This document shows, piece by piece, positions 34,101 through 43,271 of a stretch of DNA of 64,000 nt. A model generated the notes under the pieces. That model had not been told where the DNA came from. It was given only the letters and a program-made list of their open reading frames with translations, and did not search any database. Each line of letters opens with the position of its first letter. Position 1 is the first letter of the stretch. A program made the position numbers and the translations under genes. Origin of the DNA: a candidate division WOR-1 bacterium RIFOXYB2_FULL_45_9 (lineage in GTDB: Bacteria > Margulisbacteria > WOR-1 > O2-12-FULL-45-9 > XYB2-FULL-48-7); NCBI GenBank assembly GCA_001771575.1, contig MEUD01000001.1:1575470-1639469 (forward strand), in the 5' to 3' direction.

Positions 34101-35430
34101 ATTTTTCAGTTGCGGCTTTGATTGAAGTATAGGTGATGGCGAGCAGTTCTTTTAACTCTTTTTGGGCGATGCTTTGCGGTGGCATGAGGACGATAACGTC
34201 GCCGAGCGGACGGATAATCGCGCCCCGTTTCCGGGCCTCTAAAATTACCCGGTGCCCCATTCTGATCTTGCTTGAATAAGCCCGCTTTGCTTCTCTGTCT
34301 TCAGATAGCTCGATCCCGACCATCGTGCCGCATTGGCGGATATCGCCGACGTGCTCTAATTGAAAAAATCCGGGGAGTTCTTTGGCTAATAAGGCCGCGT
34401 TGCGGTTAACGTTAGCTAATACTTTGTTCTGTTGGAAAAGCTTCAGCGAAGCGAGAGCGGCGGCGCAGGCAAGCGGGTTGCCGGTGTAGGTGTGGCCGTG
34501 GAAGAAGGTCTTATTCTCTTCAAAACGGCCGAGAAAGGCTTGATATATCCGATCGGTCGTTAAAGTTGCCGCCAGCGGGAGGTACCCGCCGGTGATCCCT
34601 TTGGCGACGCACATCAGGTCAGGGCTGACCCCTTCGTGTTCGCAGGCGAACATCTTGCCGGTCCGGCCGAAACCGGTCGCCACTTCGTCGACGATCAGCA
34701 GAACGCCGTATTTGGAGCAGAGCCTGCGGACCGCTTTAAGGTACCCCTTTGGCATCATTAGCATCCCGGCTGCCGCCTGGACGAGCGGCTCGACGATCAT
34801 CGCGGCGATCTCCCGGTGCCTGGCTTTAAGGACTTTTTCTAGTTCGATGATGTCTCCCGGCGTGACTTTGATCGATTTGAAGAGGAGCGGTTTGTAGATC
34901 TTATGGAAAAGATTGATCCCACCTACTGAAACGGAACCGATTGTATCGCCGTGGTAAGCGTTGGTTAGCGTTATGAACTTTGTTTTATGGGGCCCCCCCG
35001 AGACTGAACGTCTCGGTTCCCCATCTTTTTGTTGCCAGTATTGAAAGGCAATTTTAATCGCGATCTCAACCGCGGTCGAGCCGCTATCGGAATAAAAGAC
35101 TTTACTTAATCCTTTAGGAGCGATCTTGATCAACTGCTCCGCCAGTTCGATCGCCGGGAGATTGCCCAGGCCGAGGAGCGTGGAGTGGGCGACCCGGTCC
35201 AGCTGTTTCTTGATCGCCTGGTTGAGATTTTTATTATTATGACCATGCACCGTGACCCAAAGAGAAGAACAGCCGTCGATATATTTTTTCCCCTCGGTAT
35301 CCCAGAGATATGCGCCGTCCCCTTTTTCAATGATCAGCTGGTCATTTGCCAGCCAATCTTGCATCTGGGTAAAAGGGTGCCAGAGATGGCGCTTGTCCTT
35401 GTCCAGCAAGGCTTTGGTTCGTTGGTTCAT
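34099..35430 (-). CDS. bioA: adenosylmethionine-8-amino-7-oxononanoate aminotransferase BioA
   Basis: Class-III aminotransferase with BioA-specific blocks: HLWHPFTQ, GAYLWDTEGKKYIDG, DEVATGFGRTG, PLP-lysine region CVAKGITGG. Confidence 0.9.
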   Translation of the reverse strand: MNQRTKALLDKDKRHLWHPFTQMQDWLANDQLIIEKGDGAYLWDTEGKKYIDGCSSLWVTVHGHNNKNLNQAIKKQLDRVAHSTLLGLGNLPAIELAEQLIKIAPKGLSKVFYSDSGSTAVEIAIKIAFQYWQQKDGEPRRSVSGGPHKTKFITLTNAYHGDTIGSVSVGGINLFHKIYKPLLFKSIKVTPGDIIELEKVLKARHREIAAMIVEPLVQAAAGMLMMPKGYLKAVRRLCSKYGVLLIVDEVATGFGRTGKMFACEHEGVSPDLMCVAKGITGGYLPLAATLTTDRIYQAFLGRFEENKTFFHGHTYTGNPLACAAALASLKLFQQNKVLANVNRNAALLAKELPGFFQLEHVGDIRQCGTMVGIELSEDREAKRAYSSKIRMGHRVILEARKRGAIIRPLGDVIVLMPPQSIAQKELKELLAITYTSIKAATEK

Positions 35431-35520
35431 GAAAGCAGTATAAGTTGAGGATAAATCCTGGTCAAGAGGGGGGGGATATTACCTGAAATTCATGTCGCCG
35501 AAGATAGATAACCAGATAGA

Positions 35521-36516
35521 ATGATCAATCAGTCTTTGCGTTTATATAAATATGCCATGGCTGGAGCGCTTGCTGGAGCACTTGCTTGTCCAGGTTGTCG
35601 AAAAAAGGAGCCAAGTCCTTTGACGAAGCCAGTTGTTTCATCGCAAATTATTAGGGACCCTCAAAAACTTTATTTTCAAGACTGGCAGATGAAAATGCTT
35701 TTGACCAGCCGGGAATATCGGGGTGGGGAGCTGTGCCTGGGCGGCCAACCGGTCGATTTACATTTAGCTTCTCCTACCGGCGGCCAATCCAGCCATTACG
35801 CGGCGATCGCCCGGGAGATTTTACTTTCTGTTAAAGGAGAAGACTTTAAGAAACTATCCAATGATAAACAACAAGCGGCGGTTGACTCCCTGGCTGGAAA
35901 AATTGGTTTGGCCGGTCAGGGCGATAGTTTTCTTGGCCTGGTTGAGGCGACAGACGGCAGTTTTTTGTCAGGATACCGTGATCTCTGTGCTGGGCGGGGA
36001 GGTCTTTTCCCTCCGTTCGTCTATCTGGGAATATCAGCCGCTGAAGTTGATGCCGCCATGAAAGCGTCTGAAGCGGTTCCGGTCCGCCTTATTTTATCGA
36101 CGACCGAACCTTTGCTTCCGCTAATGGTCGTTCCAGGAGAAAAAAAGAGCTTTGTTTTGGCTTTAAGAATGGAAAACGGAGAGCTAGATCCTAATCAGTT
36201 AAGGGTGAGCTTTAGCGGGAGGGAATCCGTTTCCGCCGTTCTGACCTTAGTTAGGGAACCGCTCAATATTCGTTCTTGTCCTTTGAGCGGCGACACCATG
36301 TTCCTGACGATCGAGCTGGCTGTTCCCAAAACCGCCAAAAAAGAGAAGAAGAATCTTGTGGTTTTATCGGCTGATATTTCAGAGCCGCTCTTAACGATCC
36401 CAGACGCGCTGGAGATAGTTGAAAATCAGCGGCCGAACGACCGGCCGGCGAAATGTTCGTCTTATGAGCCGTATTTGCAGGATAAGTTTCGGGAAACCGG
36501 TCAATGCGTGGATTAA
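35521..36516 (+). CDS. hypothetical protein (331 aa)
   Basis: Long ORF, no motif recognised. A possible alternative start is at MAGALAG. Confidence 0.45.
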   Translation: MINQSLRLYKYAMAGALAGALACPGCRKKEPSPLTKPVVSSQIIRDPQKLYFQDWQMKMLLTSREYRGGELCLGGQPVDLHLASPTGGQSSHYAAIAREILLSVKGEDFKKLSNDKQQAAVDSLAGKIGLAGQGDSFLGLVEATDGSFLSGYRDLCAGRGGLFPPFVYLGISAAEVDAAMKASEAVPVRLILSTTEPLLPLMVVPGEKKSFVLALRMENGELDPNQLRVSFSGRESVSAVLTLVREPLNIRSCPLSGDTMFLTIELAVPKTAKKEKKNLVVLSADISEPLLTIPDALEIVENQRPNDRPAKCSSYEPYLQDKFRETGQCVD

Positions 36517-36535
36517 TGAACGAAGGAGATATTTT

Positions 36536-38770
36536 ATGCCGCCAGAAGTAAATGTTAGCTCTTTAAACCCGGACCGCAGAAGAATTGTCAGGGACCTTTT
36601 AATTATTGACGACCTGGTTGGATACAGCAAGTCCGGAGCGGGCTATGTTGATGGATACGCGACCTCTTTTTTGCTCGGCCAGACCAGCACAGGGATTAGC
36701 TTAAGCCCGGAAGCCAAAGGGATGCTGACCGATCGAACTAGACCTAAGACAGCGAACCAGGTAAGCGCTCGCCAGGAGAGCCGTTTAACTATTCAAAACA
36801 AAGAAAGATACCGGCAATATCAAGGTCGATTAAATCGACCGGAAAGCCACGCTGACCTTGAGGCGGTTTTGCGCGAAATTGACAATGATCGATCGATCTC
36901 CGATGCCAGACAAAAGGATTATATGAAAGATTGCTTGATCATTGACGATTTGAACGGCTTCAGGCAGGACAAGACCCATTACGCGCAAGGGTACGTTTAC
37001 CAGGCCTTATTGGGGAATCTTACCGGAGTAAGCACCGAAACAAAATTGTTGATCAACGGCTCGGTTGACGTGGTTACCGGAAACGTTATCGTTTCTCCGC
37101 TGGGGATCGCTAACGTCAAAGCCCAGCTGCTTCGCGAGCTGGGGACAAGCCGGGAGTATATAAAACTGCGGGATACTCTTACGACTCCCTACAGCAACCA
37201 GGACCTGTTGGGGGCCTTGTGTCAGCTGGATCCACGCGAGCCTTTTTGCCTGCAGATCTTAACTATAGGCCCGAGAGTTAGGCCCGGAGAGCAGAATAAA
37301 ACGATCAGGCTGACCGGCTTGAACTTGCCCGACGCGGCCCAGGTTGACATTTCCAGCCCCAATCCGGGCTTGCCGCCGATCACCGTCGAGCCCGGTTCAT
37401 ACGTGAGAATAGATGACCGTCAGGCGACGATCAAGGTCAGTGTGCCGGACAATTTCCCAGCCAATGCTCTCCCGGTTTCTTATTCGCTTACCGTGGCCAG
37501 TCAGAATGGTCTTTATCGATCGACGGTCACAAACGCGATCAGGATTGTTGGTGCGGCCGGCGATCCAACGGAGCCTGGTGTTCCCTGCGAAAGTCCCAGG
37601 GTTTGCGCCATCCCTTATCCTCCGCTGAAACTGTTTGTCGCGCCGGAGACTTTGATGGCTAATAATGAAAGCCAAACGCTCAATATTGTCGGAGATGGCG
37701 CCGATTCAATTAAAATGATACGGTTGATCGTGCCGGCGACAGGGACCGACGTTGTTGTGCCTATCACCGTAAGCCAGGAGATGTTTTCTGACGGAGGCCG
37801 GCGCTTGTCGATCCGGATCGCTCTTGACCCGATCAAATTAGCCGCGCTCTTCCCCGATCGGGCAAAGGGCCCTTTCCAGCTTAAGCTGATAGTCACAGAC
37901 GGGGCGGGACAGATAGTTACCGTTTCTAATGACCTGACGATCATCGTCATTCAAGACCGAGTCATTGTTGAGCGGGTCCCTTATCAGCTTCCTCCCTTGG
38001 TCCATAACGTTATTCGGCCAGATCTGTCGATCGGCGTTTCAATCCAGGAAAACAGCAGCAGTGTTCCGCTGGTTCTTGGTCTCAATCCCGGCTTGATCGG
38101 GAAAACCGCTCCGATCAAAAGCCAGTACTTTGAACTGGCGGCGAAAGGGGATTGCTCTTTTTTTAGCGGAGAAGTGGTTGATGGTTGTCGGGCCCAGGGA
38201 TATATCAATATTGCTTATTGGGGATTTAAACTAGAGTCGGCCGGTCAGGCTAAATACGCGACCAGCGGCTCCGTTTATAATCTGCCGTATTATTACGAGC
38301 GTACCTCTTTTATGACCGACGGCCGCTTTTCCCTTAGCTACACGCCGGGTAGGGCGCTAAGCGTCAGGGCGAGCGGCGAATGGAGCTATGTCAAAACCAT
38401 GGACGACCAGCGCGATAAGCGGTTTCGCTTGAGCGGCGAAGGATTTATCACTTTTGGAGATGGCCGCTCCGTTTACGTGCCGGAAAAACTAAATTTGCGT
38501 TTTGGCGTTGTTCCGTCGGGTGAGAGGGTTGTCGCGGGAGAAGCGCAGGAATTGCGCGGCGGCGGGATCGGGTTTGACGCCCGCTGGGACCGGGGTTTGT
38601 TTGCCGGTTTGCCTCTGGGCTTATATTTTGGCTGGGAGCGGATCTCTTCCGCGAACGAGAACAACCCGCACAACCTTTATGGCGGGGTCAATTTCGACCT
38701 GATGAGGTTTATCGACCGAACGGTCGGTTACCAGGATTTTTCCAAATATCTTCTTACCCAACAGCATTGA
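36536..38770 (+). CDS. large hypothetical protein (744 aa) with internal repeats and a beta-rich C-terminal region
   Basis: GGAG RBS then ATG 36536. Repeated module VRDLLIIDDLVGYSKSGAGYVDGYATSFLLGQTSTGIS and MKDCLIIDDLNGFRQDKTHYAQGYVYQALLGNLTGVS. The C-terminal 250 aa is Gly/aromatic-rich and ends …NFDLMRF. Confidence 0.5.
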   Translation: MPPEVNVSSLNPDRRRIVRDLLIIDDLVGYSKSGAGYVDGYATSFLLGQTSTGISLSPEAKGMLTDRTRPKTANQVSARQESRLTIQNKERYRQYQGRLNRPESHADLEAVLREIDNDRSISDARQKDYMKDCLIIDDLNGFRQDKTHYAQGYVYQALLGNLTGVSTETKLLINGSVDVVTGNVIVSPLGIANVKAQLLRELGTSREYIKLRDTLTTPYSNQDLLGALCQLDPREPFCLQILTIGPRVRPGEQNKTIRLTGLNLPDAAQVDISSPNPGLPPITVEPGSYVRIDDRQATIKVSVPDNFPANALPVSYSLTVASQNGLYRSTVTNAIRIVGAAGDPTEPGVPCESPRVCAIPYPPLKLFVAPETLMANNESQTLNIVGDGADSIKMIRLIVPATGTDVVVPITVSQEMFSDGGRRLSIRIALDPIKLAALFPDRAKGPFQLKLIVTDGAGQIVTVSNDLTIIVIQDRVIVERVPYQLPPLVHNVIRPDLSIGVSIQENSSSVPLVLGLNPGLIGKTAPIKSQYFELAAKGDCSFFSGEVVDGCRAQGYINIAYWGFKLESAGQAKYATSGSVYNLPYYYERTSFMTDGRFSLSYTPGRALSVRASGEWSYVKTMDDQRDKRFRLSGEGFITFGDGRSVYVPEKLNLRFGVVPSGERVVAGEAQELRGGGIGFDARWDRGLFAGLPLGLYFGWERISSANENNPHNLYGGVNFDLMRFIDRTVGYQDFSKYLLTQQH

Positions 38771-38801
38771 TTGTGACAAGCCGATTAGCTAAACTATTTT
38801 T

Positions 38802-39686
38802 ATGGAGAACCAACTTCTTGTCCCCTGCCGGCTCTGCGGCCACCGTTGTGGAGTAAACCGCCTGACCGGGGAGCGTGGACTCTGCCGGGCCGGCGCGAAT
38901 ATTGAAATCGCCACTTATTGCCTTCATCATGGAGAAGAGCCGGTCATCTCCGGGACCAGAGGGTCGGGGACGATCTTTTTTTCTCACTGCAGTCTGCGCT
39001 GTGTGTTTTGCCAAAACTATCAGATCAGCCAGGGGGATACGGATAAACGGGACACGGATATACGGGACAGGGGATTGGTTGAAATTATGTTGGAGATGCA
39101 GGAGCGAAAGGCGCACAACATTAATCTCGTTTCCCCGACCCATTACGGTCCCCAAATTATTGAAGCGATTAAGGTCGCTCGTGCTCAAGGCTTGACGATT
39201 CCGATCGTCTGGAACTCCAGCGGGTATGACAGCCTGGAACTGCTTGAGGCGCTCGACGGAATTGTCGACATTTATCTCCCCGATCTTAAATACGGAGACG
39301 ACGCGGCCGCCCTTAAATATTCGGGAGCGAAAAACTATTTCGAGACCGCCAAGGCGGCGATCTTTGAAATGTACCGGCAGGTTGGGACCCGATTAATAGT
39401 CCGGCATCTGGTCTTGCCGAACGGGTTGGCCGGTAGTCGGCGAGCGCTCGATTTTTTGGCTTCGCTTTCCCCTGATATCCAGGTCAGCTTGATGGCGCAA
39501 TATTCGCCCCGGCATTTAGCGGTTCGCTATCCGGAAATAAACCGGCCGCTTTCCCTCACGGAATATGGGTCGATCTTGGAATATGCCGGGAAGATCGGGC
39601 TGGAGAATATTTTTCGGCAGGAGTTAACGAGCCAAACGGCCTATTTGCCAGACTTTGAGCGAGATCAGCCATTTTCTGACGATTGA
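38802..39686 (+). CDS. radical SAM enzyme (PflA/PflX-like activase family)
   Basis: CxxxCxxC cluster (CSLRCVFCQN) preceded by a Cys-rich N-terminal region. Confidence 0.8.
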   Translation: MENQLLVPCRLCGHRCGVNRLTGERGLCRAGANIEIATYCLHHGEEPVISGTRGSGTIFFSHCSLRCVFCQNYQISQGDTDKRDTDIRDRGLVEIMLEMQERKAHNINLVSPTHYGPQIIEAIKVARAQGLTIPIVWNSSGYDSLELLEALDGIVDIYLPDLKYGDDAAALKYSGAKNYFETAKAAIFEMYRQVGTRLIVRHLVLPNGLAGSRRALDFLASLSPDIQVSLMAQYSPRHLAVRYPEINRPLSLTEYGSILEYAGKIGLENIFRQELTSQTAYLPDFERDQPFSDD

Positions 39687-41153
39687 TCTTTCCGCCCGCT
39701 TCATTTTTTTGCTTAGCAAAAGATAACTTTTGCTCTTGGGAGAATAGACCAGGTATTCATTCGAGCGGATCTTTTCCCCGTTCAGCATGATCATGGGGAG
39801 ATCGTGTTTAAAGGTCCGGGTGATCGGCGGCGAAACGGCATATGATTGTTCCCCGTTTTCCATGGTCATTTTGAACAATGAGCGGACCAGGGTGGAGGTG
39901 GTCCGGTTCTCTACGTTGGTTATTGACGCGAAGAAAAGGATCTCCGGGTCGATCAACCGGTGGGGGACTTTGAAATAATATCCATTCTCGTCGCGGTCGG
40001 CCGCTAAGCTTTGCCACTTTTTTATGGTCCACTGGTTGGGCCCCCCCTGAGAATAGTAAAGGCGCAGGTTTTTAATGTCGGCCACGCTATCGACCATGAC
40101 CGGAACGATCAAATGGTCCGGGGCTCTTGCCAGTCTGACCTCAGGTGCGGTCAGTTCTTTGGAAACCATGAAATTAGCCGGTTTTTGATAAAAAGGGAGG
40201 ATCGTGACTTCCGGGAAAATCCCTTTCTTTTTTAGTTTGCCGTCAAGCCAGGCGAGGGCGACCGCTTCGTCCCGCTGATAGAATTGGTGCCGCAGGTTGG
40301 GGATCAGGTAGAGCTGTTTTTCCCCGTTAATTTTTAGGAAACTTTTTTGGAATGTCGGCAAATAGTAACAATGGTCGTTTGTCCCGGTGATAAAAAGTAT
40401 CGGGGCGTGTTGGGTCGCCAGAAAGCGGCTGGGGTCAAGGAACGCGTTCCAGCGCTTGAGCTCGTCCGGAAGTTTCCTCGTGAATTGGTCCATCCAGGTG
40501 CATCCCTCCGGAATAAACCCAGCCCCAAAGACATTGACGACCGCTTTTAATCTTGGTTCCTGTCCATTGGTCAGGATAGAGTTGACCCCTCCCCAGGAGA
40601 GGCCGATCATTCCAAGCCGATCGGGGTCAACCTCCGGCTGGTTAGCCAAAAAACCGATCCCGTGGCGGATCGCCGCGACCGAATGGAAAAGGTAATTGTT
40701 TTCCAACTCTTGGCCGGTATAGAGCAGGCTCTCAACGTCCATGTCCGGACCGGTTGAGCGGGAGCCGCCCCGTTGTTTCCCTTTCCCCGGCAGGTCAATG
40801 ATCAGGTTGGCGTAGCCATATTTTGCCCAGCGAAGCCCGGTCGGGAGACTGGCACCGCCGCCTCCGCCATGAGAGATCAATATCGCCGGCAATCTCTCTT
40901 TTAAAAATAGGGGGACGCAGTAATAACCGAAAATAATTGACGGTTTCCCTTTATATGAGCGGCTCGGGTAATATATTTCACGCACTTTCACGGAGCCTTG
41001 AACATAAGATCGGCCTATTCTGGGGGCCGCTTCGGGGGAAGTGAGCCGCCAGAGCTCTTTGAAATCAAGGGGGGAGCAGGGAGAGGATAGCATAGAGCTA
41101 ATAAATAGAAAAATCCATATGGAAACCGCGGCGATACTGCCGCTGGTTTCCAT
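39624..41153 (-). CDS. alpha/beta-hydrolase (S9 peptidase / acetyl-xylan-esterase-like), secreted
   Basis: Nucleophile elbow GLSWGG and downstream catalytic D/H regions. N-terminal hydrophobic signal-like segment. Start placed at METSG (41153). The first codons coincide with REP-like copy 2, so the true start is uncertain. The 3' end overlaps the convergent radical SAM gene by about 60 nt. Confidence 0.65.
   Translation of the reverse strand: METSGSIAAVSIWIFLFISSMLSSPCSPLDFKELWRLTSPEAAPRIGRSYVQGSVKVREIYYPSRSYKGKPSIIFGYYCVPLFLKERLPAILISHGGGGGASLPTGLRWAKYGYANLIIDLPGKGKQRGGSRSTGPDMDVESLLYTGQELENNYLFHSVAAIRHGIGFLANQPEVDPDRLGMIGLSWGGVNSILTNGQEPRLKAVVNVFGAGFIPEGCTWMDQFTRKLPDELKRWNAFLDPSRFLATQHAPILFITGTNDHCYYLPTFQKSFLKINGEKQLYLIPNLRHQFYQRDEAVALAWLDGKLKKKGIFPEVTILPFYQKPANFMVSKELTAPEVRLARAPDHLIVPVMVDSVADIKNLRLYYSQGGPNQWTIKKWQSLAADRDENGYYFKVPHRLIDPEILFFASITNVENRTTSTLVRSLFKMTMENGEQSYAVSPPITRTFKHDLPMIMLNGEKIRSNEYLVYSPKSKSYLLLSKKMKRAERSIVRKWLISLKVWQIGRLAR
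41121..41151. repeat. 31-nt REP-like palindromic repeat, copy 2 (GGAAACCGCGGCGATACTGCCGCTGGTTTCC)
   Basis: See copy 1. It lies at the 5' end of the hydrolase ORF. Confidence 0.65.
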
Positions 41154-41242
41154 TTTAGCTTTATAACAATAAAAACGCTGTGACATGAATCATCATTTTA
41201 ACTCAAATTGCGGGGAGGCGCAATTTCTTGTATACTTGAAAT

Positions 41243-42004
41243 ATGAAGGATTTCCTCGCTATAGCAAAGAAAAAGTTCAATTCGCGGCTTCTGCTGGGGA
41301 CCGGGAAATTTTCTTCACCCAAGGTGATGAAAAAAGCGATCGAAGCTTCGGAGGCGGAGATCGTAACGGTCGCCCTCCGCCGGGTCGACCTGAATGATCC
41401 AGGCGACCATATTTTGGGGTTTATCAACCCCAAAAAATATTTGATCCTTCCCAACACTTCCGGGGCCAGGACGGCGGATGAAGCGGTCCGTTTAGCCAGG
41501 CTGGCCCGTTCTTTTGGTCTTCCCGCCTGGGTAAAGCTGGAGGTAACACCTGACCCGCGGTTCCTCCTCCCTGATCCGATCGAAACGCTTAAAGCGGCGG
41601 AAATTCTGGTTAAAGAGGGATTTACCGTCCTTCCATATATTAATGCCGATCCGGTCCTTGCCAAAAGGCTGGAAGGGGTCGGATGTGCCACGGTCATGCC
41701 GCTTGGCTCGCCCATTGGCTCCGCTCAAGGGATCAAGACCAAAGAGAATATTGCCATAATAATTGAACAGGCAAACATTCCGGTCGTGGTCGATGCCGGT
41801 CTGGGAAGCCCGGCTCACGCGGCTGAGGCGCTGGAAATGGGGGCGGACGCAGTCCTGGTGAACACGGCGATCGCCGCGGCGGACGACCCGATCGCCATGG
41901 CCGAAGCGTTCAAACTTGGCGTGATGGCCGGGAGAAAAGCGTATCTGGCCGGGATCATTGCCGGCAGTCAAATCGCCCGTGCTTCAAGCCCCCTTCACTT
42001 ATGA
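41243..42004 (+). CDS. thiG: thiazole synthase ThiG
   Basis: TIM-barrel ThiG blocks: [39 protein letters not shown]. Confidence 0.9.
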   Translation: MKDFLAIAKKKFNSRLLLGTGKFSSPKVMKKAIEASEAEIVTVALRRVDLNDPGDHILGFINPKKYLILPNTSGARTADEAVRLARLARSFGLPAWVKLEVTPDPRFLLPDPIETLKAAEILVKEGFTVLPYINADPVLAKRLEGVGCATVMPLGSPIGSAQGIKTKENIAIIIEQANIPVVVDAGLGSPAHAAEALEMGADAVLVNTAIAAADDPIAMAEAFKLGVMAGRKAYLAGIIAGSQIARASSPLHL

Positions 42005-42999
42005 ACCTTCGGGATTTTAAAAAGATCATTTATGGAGAGCGGGAGCTTTCGGAGCTAATGGTTTCGGCTCGAAAGGAGACCCTCAAACATTTTGGGCGGA
42101 CGATCCAGCTTTATGCCCCCCTCTACATTTCCAATGAATGCGTTAATAGCTGTGTCTACTGCGGGTTTAACCGGTGCTCCGGGATCAAAAGATCGACCCT
42201 GACGATCGAACAGATAATCGGGGAAGCGAAACATTTGCTTAGCGAAGGGTTCCAGCATCTTCTTTTATTGACCGGCGAAGATCAGGTGAAGGTCCCTGTC
42301 GGGTACATCAGGGAAGCGGCGGTCGAACTGAAAAAAATGTTTACCTCTCTTTCCATTGAGATCTATCCCTTGACCGAAGAAGGATATAAGACTTTGGTCG
42401 ACGCCGGGGTTGATGGGTTGACCATCTATCAAGAGACCTACCATCGGCCGACTTATCAGGCGGTCCATCCGGACGGCCCCAAGCGGGATTACGGCTGGCG
42501 TTTTGCCTCTCCGGCCAGGGGAGCGCGGGCCGGCATCCGGAAGGTTGGCCTTGGGTTTTTGCTCGGCCTCTATGATTGGCGATTTGAAGCGGTCCAGCTG
42601 GCGGAGCATCTCCAATCCCTCCTAAAAAATTACTGGCAGACCCAGTTCCAGGTCAGTTTTCCCCGGATCAATCCGGCGGAAACGGCTTATCAGGTCAAGC
42701 ATCCGGTCGGCGACGATGATTTTCTCCGCCTGGTCTGCGCCTTGCGGCTGCTTTTTCCGGAGATCGGGTTTGCCCTTTCAACCAGGGAGCGGGCGGCGTT
42801 TCGCGACCGGATCTTTCAATTCGGCATCACCCAAATGAGCGCCGGCTCAAAAACCTCTCCGGGGGGGTACGCGCTGGCCCAAAAAAGCGGCAAGCAGTTT
42901 GAAATCGCCGATGCCAGGACCCCGCGTGAAGTGAGCCGGGCCCTGCGGCGATCGGGATACGAGCCGGTCTGGAAAGATTGGGAGAGGGAGTTGGGATGA
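42001..42999 (+). CDS. thiH: 2-iminoacetate synthase ThiH (radical SAM tyrosine lyase)
   Basis: [10 protein letters not shown] radical SAM cluster and ThiH-like sequence. Between thiG and thiS. Confidence 0.88.
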   Translation: MNLRDFKKIIYGERELSELMVSARKETLKHFGRTIQLYAPLYISNECVNSCVYCGFNRCSGIKRSTLTIEQIIGEAKHLLSEGFQHLLLLTGEDQVKVPVGYIREAAVELKKMFTSLSIEIYPLTEEGYKTLVDAGVDGLTIYQETYHRPTYQAVHPDGPKRDYGWRFASPARGARAGIRKVGLGFLLGLYDWRFEAVQLAEHLQSLLKNYWQTQFQVSFPRINPAETAYQVKHPVGDDDFLRLVCALRLLFPEIGFALSTRERAAFRDRIFQFGITQMSAGSKTSPGGYALAQKSGKQFEIADARTPREVSRALRRSGYEPVWKDWERELG

Positions 43000-43196
43000 T
43001 GAAAATTACTGTTAACGGAAAAGAATGGAATGCTTTGGCCGGGACGACTATCGCCGACCTGATCGGCAGATTTAAAATATCCCCCCGCGCTTGCGCGGTA
43101 GAGATCAACGGCAAGATCATCAAAAGAGAAAAGTTTACATCATTGGTCAAAGAAGGGGATGTGGTGGAGATCATCAGGATGATGGGTGGGGGCTAG
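42996..43196 (+). CDS. thiS: sulfur carrier protein ThiS
   Basis: 66-aa beta-grasp protein ending in GG (…IRMMGGG*). GGGAGAGGGAG RBS. Start overlaps the thiH stop. Confidence 0.8.
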   Translation: MMKITVNGKEWNALAGTTIADLIGRFKISPRACAVEINGKIIKREKFTSLVKEGDVVEIIRMMGGG

Positions 43197-43256
43197 GGGA
43201 AGGAATAAGGGATAAGTAGTAAGGGATAAGAACGGATAAAAAAGAAAATAGAAAGG

Positions 43257-43265
43257 TGTTATAAT
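43257..43265 (+). promoter_or_regulatory. extended -10 promoter TGTTATAATT 6 nt upstream of the hisS ATG (leaderless-type arrangement)
   Basis: TATAAT 43260-43265, then TAAATT, then ATG 43272. No SD sequence. Preceded by tandem AAGGGATAAG-like repeats at 43205-43240. Confidence 0.5.
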
Positions 43266-43271
43266 TAAATT

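Noticed and set aside
34981-35020. GC-rich hairpin CCGAGAC-TGAACG-TCTCGG inside bioA
   Set aside because: It is within a well-supported coding sequence. Probably incidental secondary structure.
40021-40030. CTGAGA hexamer resembling the TPP riboswitch core
   Set aside because: It lies inside the hydrolase coding region on the wrong strand for any thi gene, and has no surrounding riboswitch structure.
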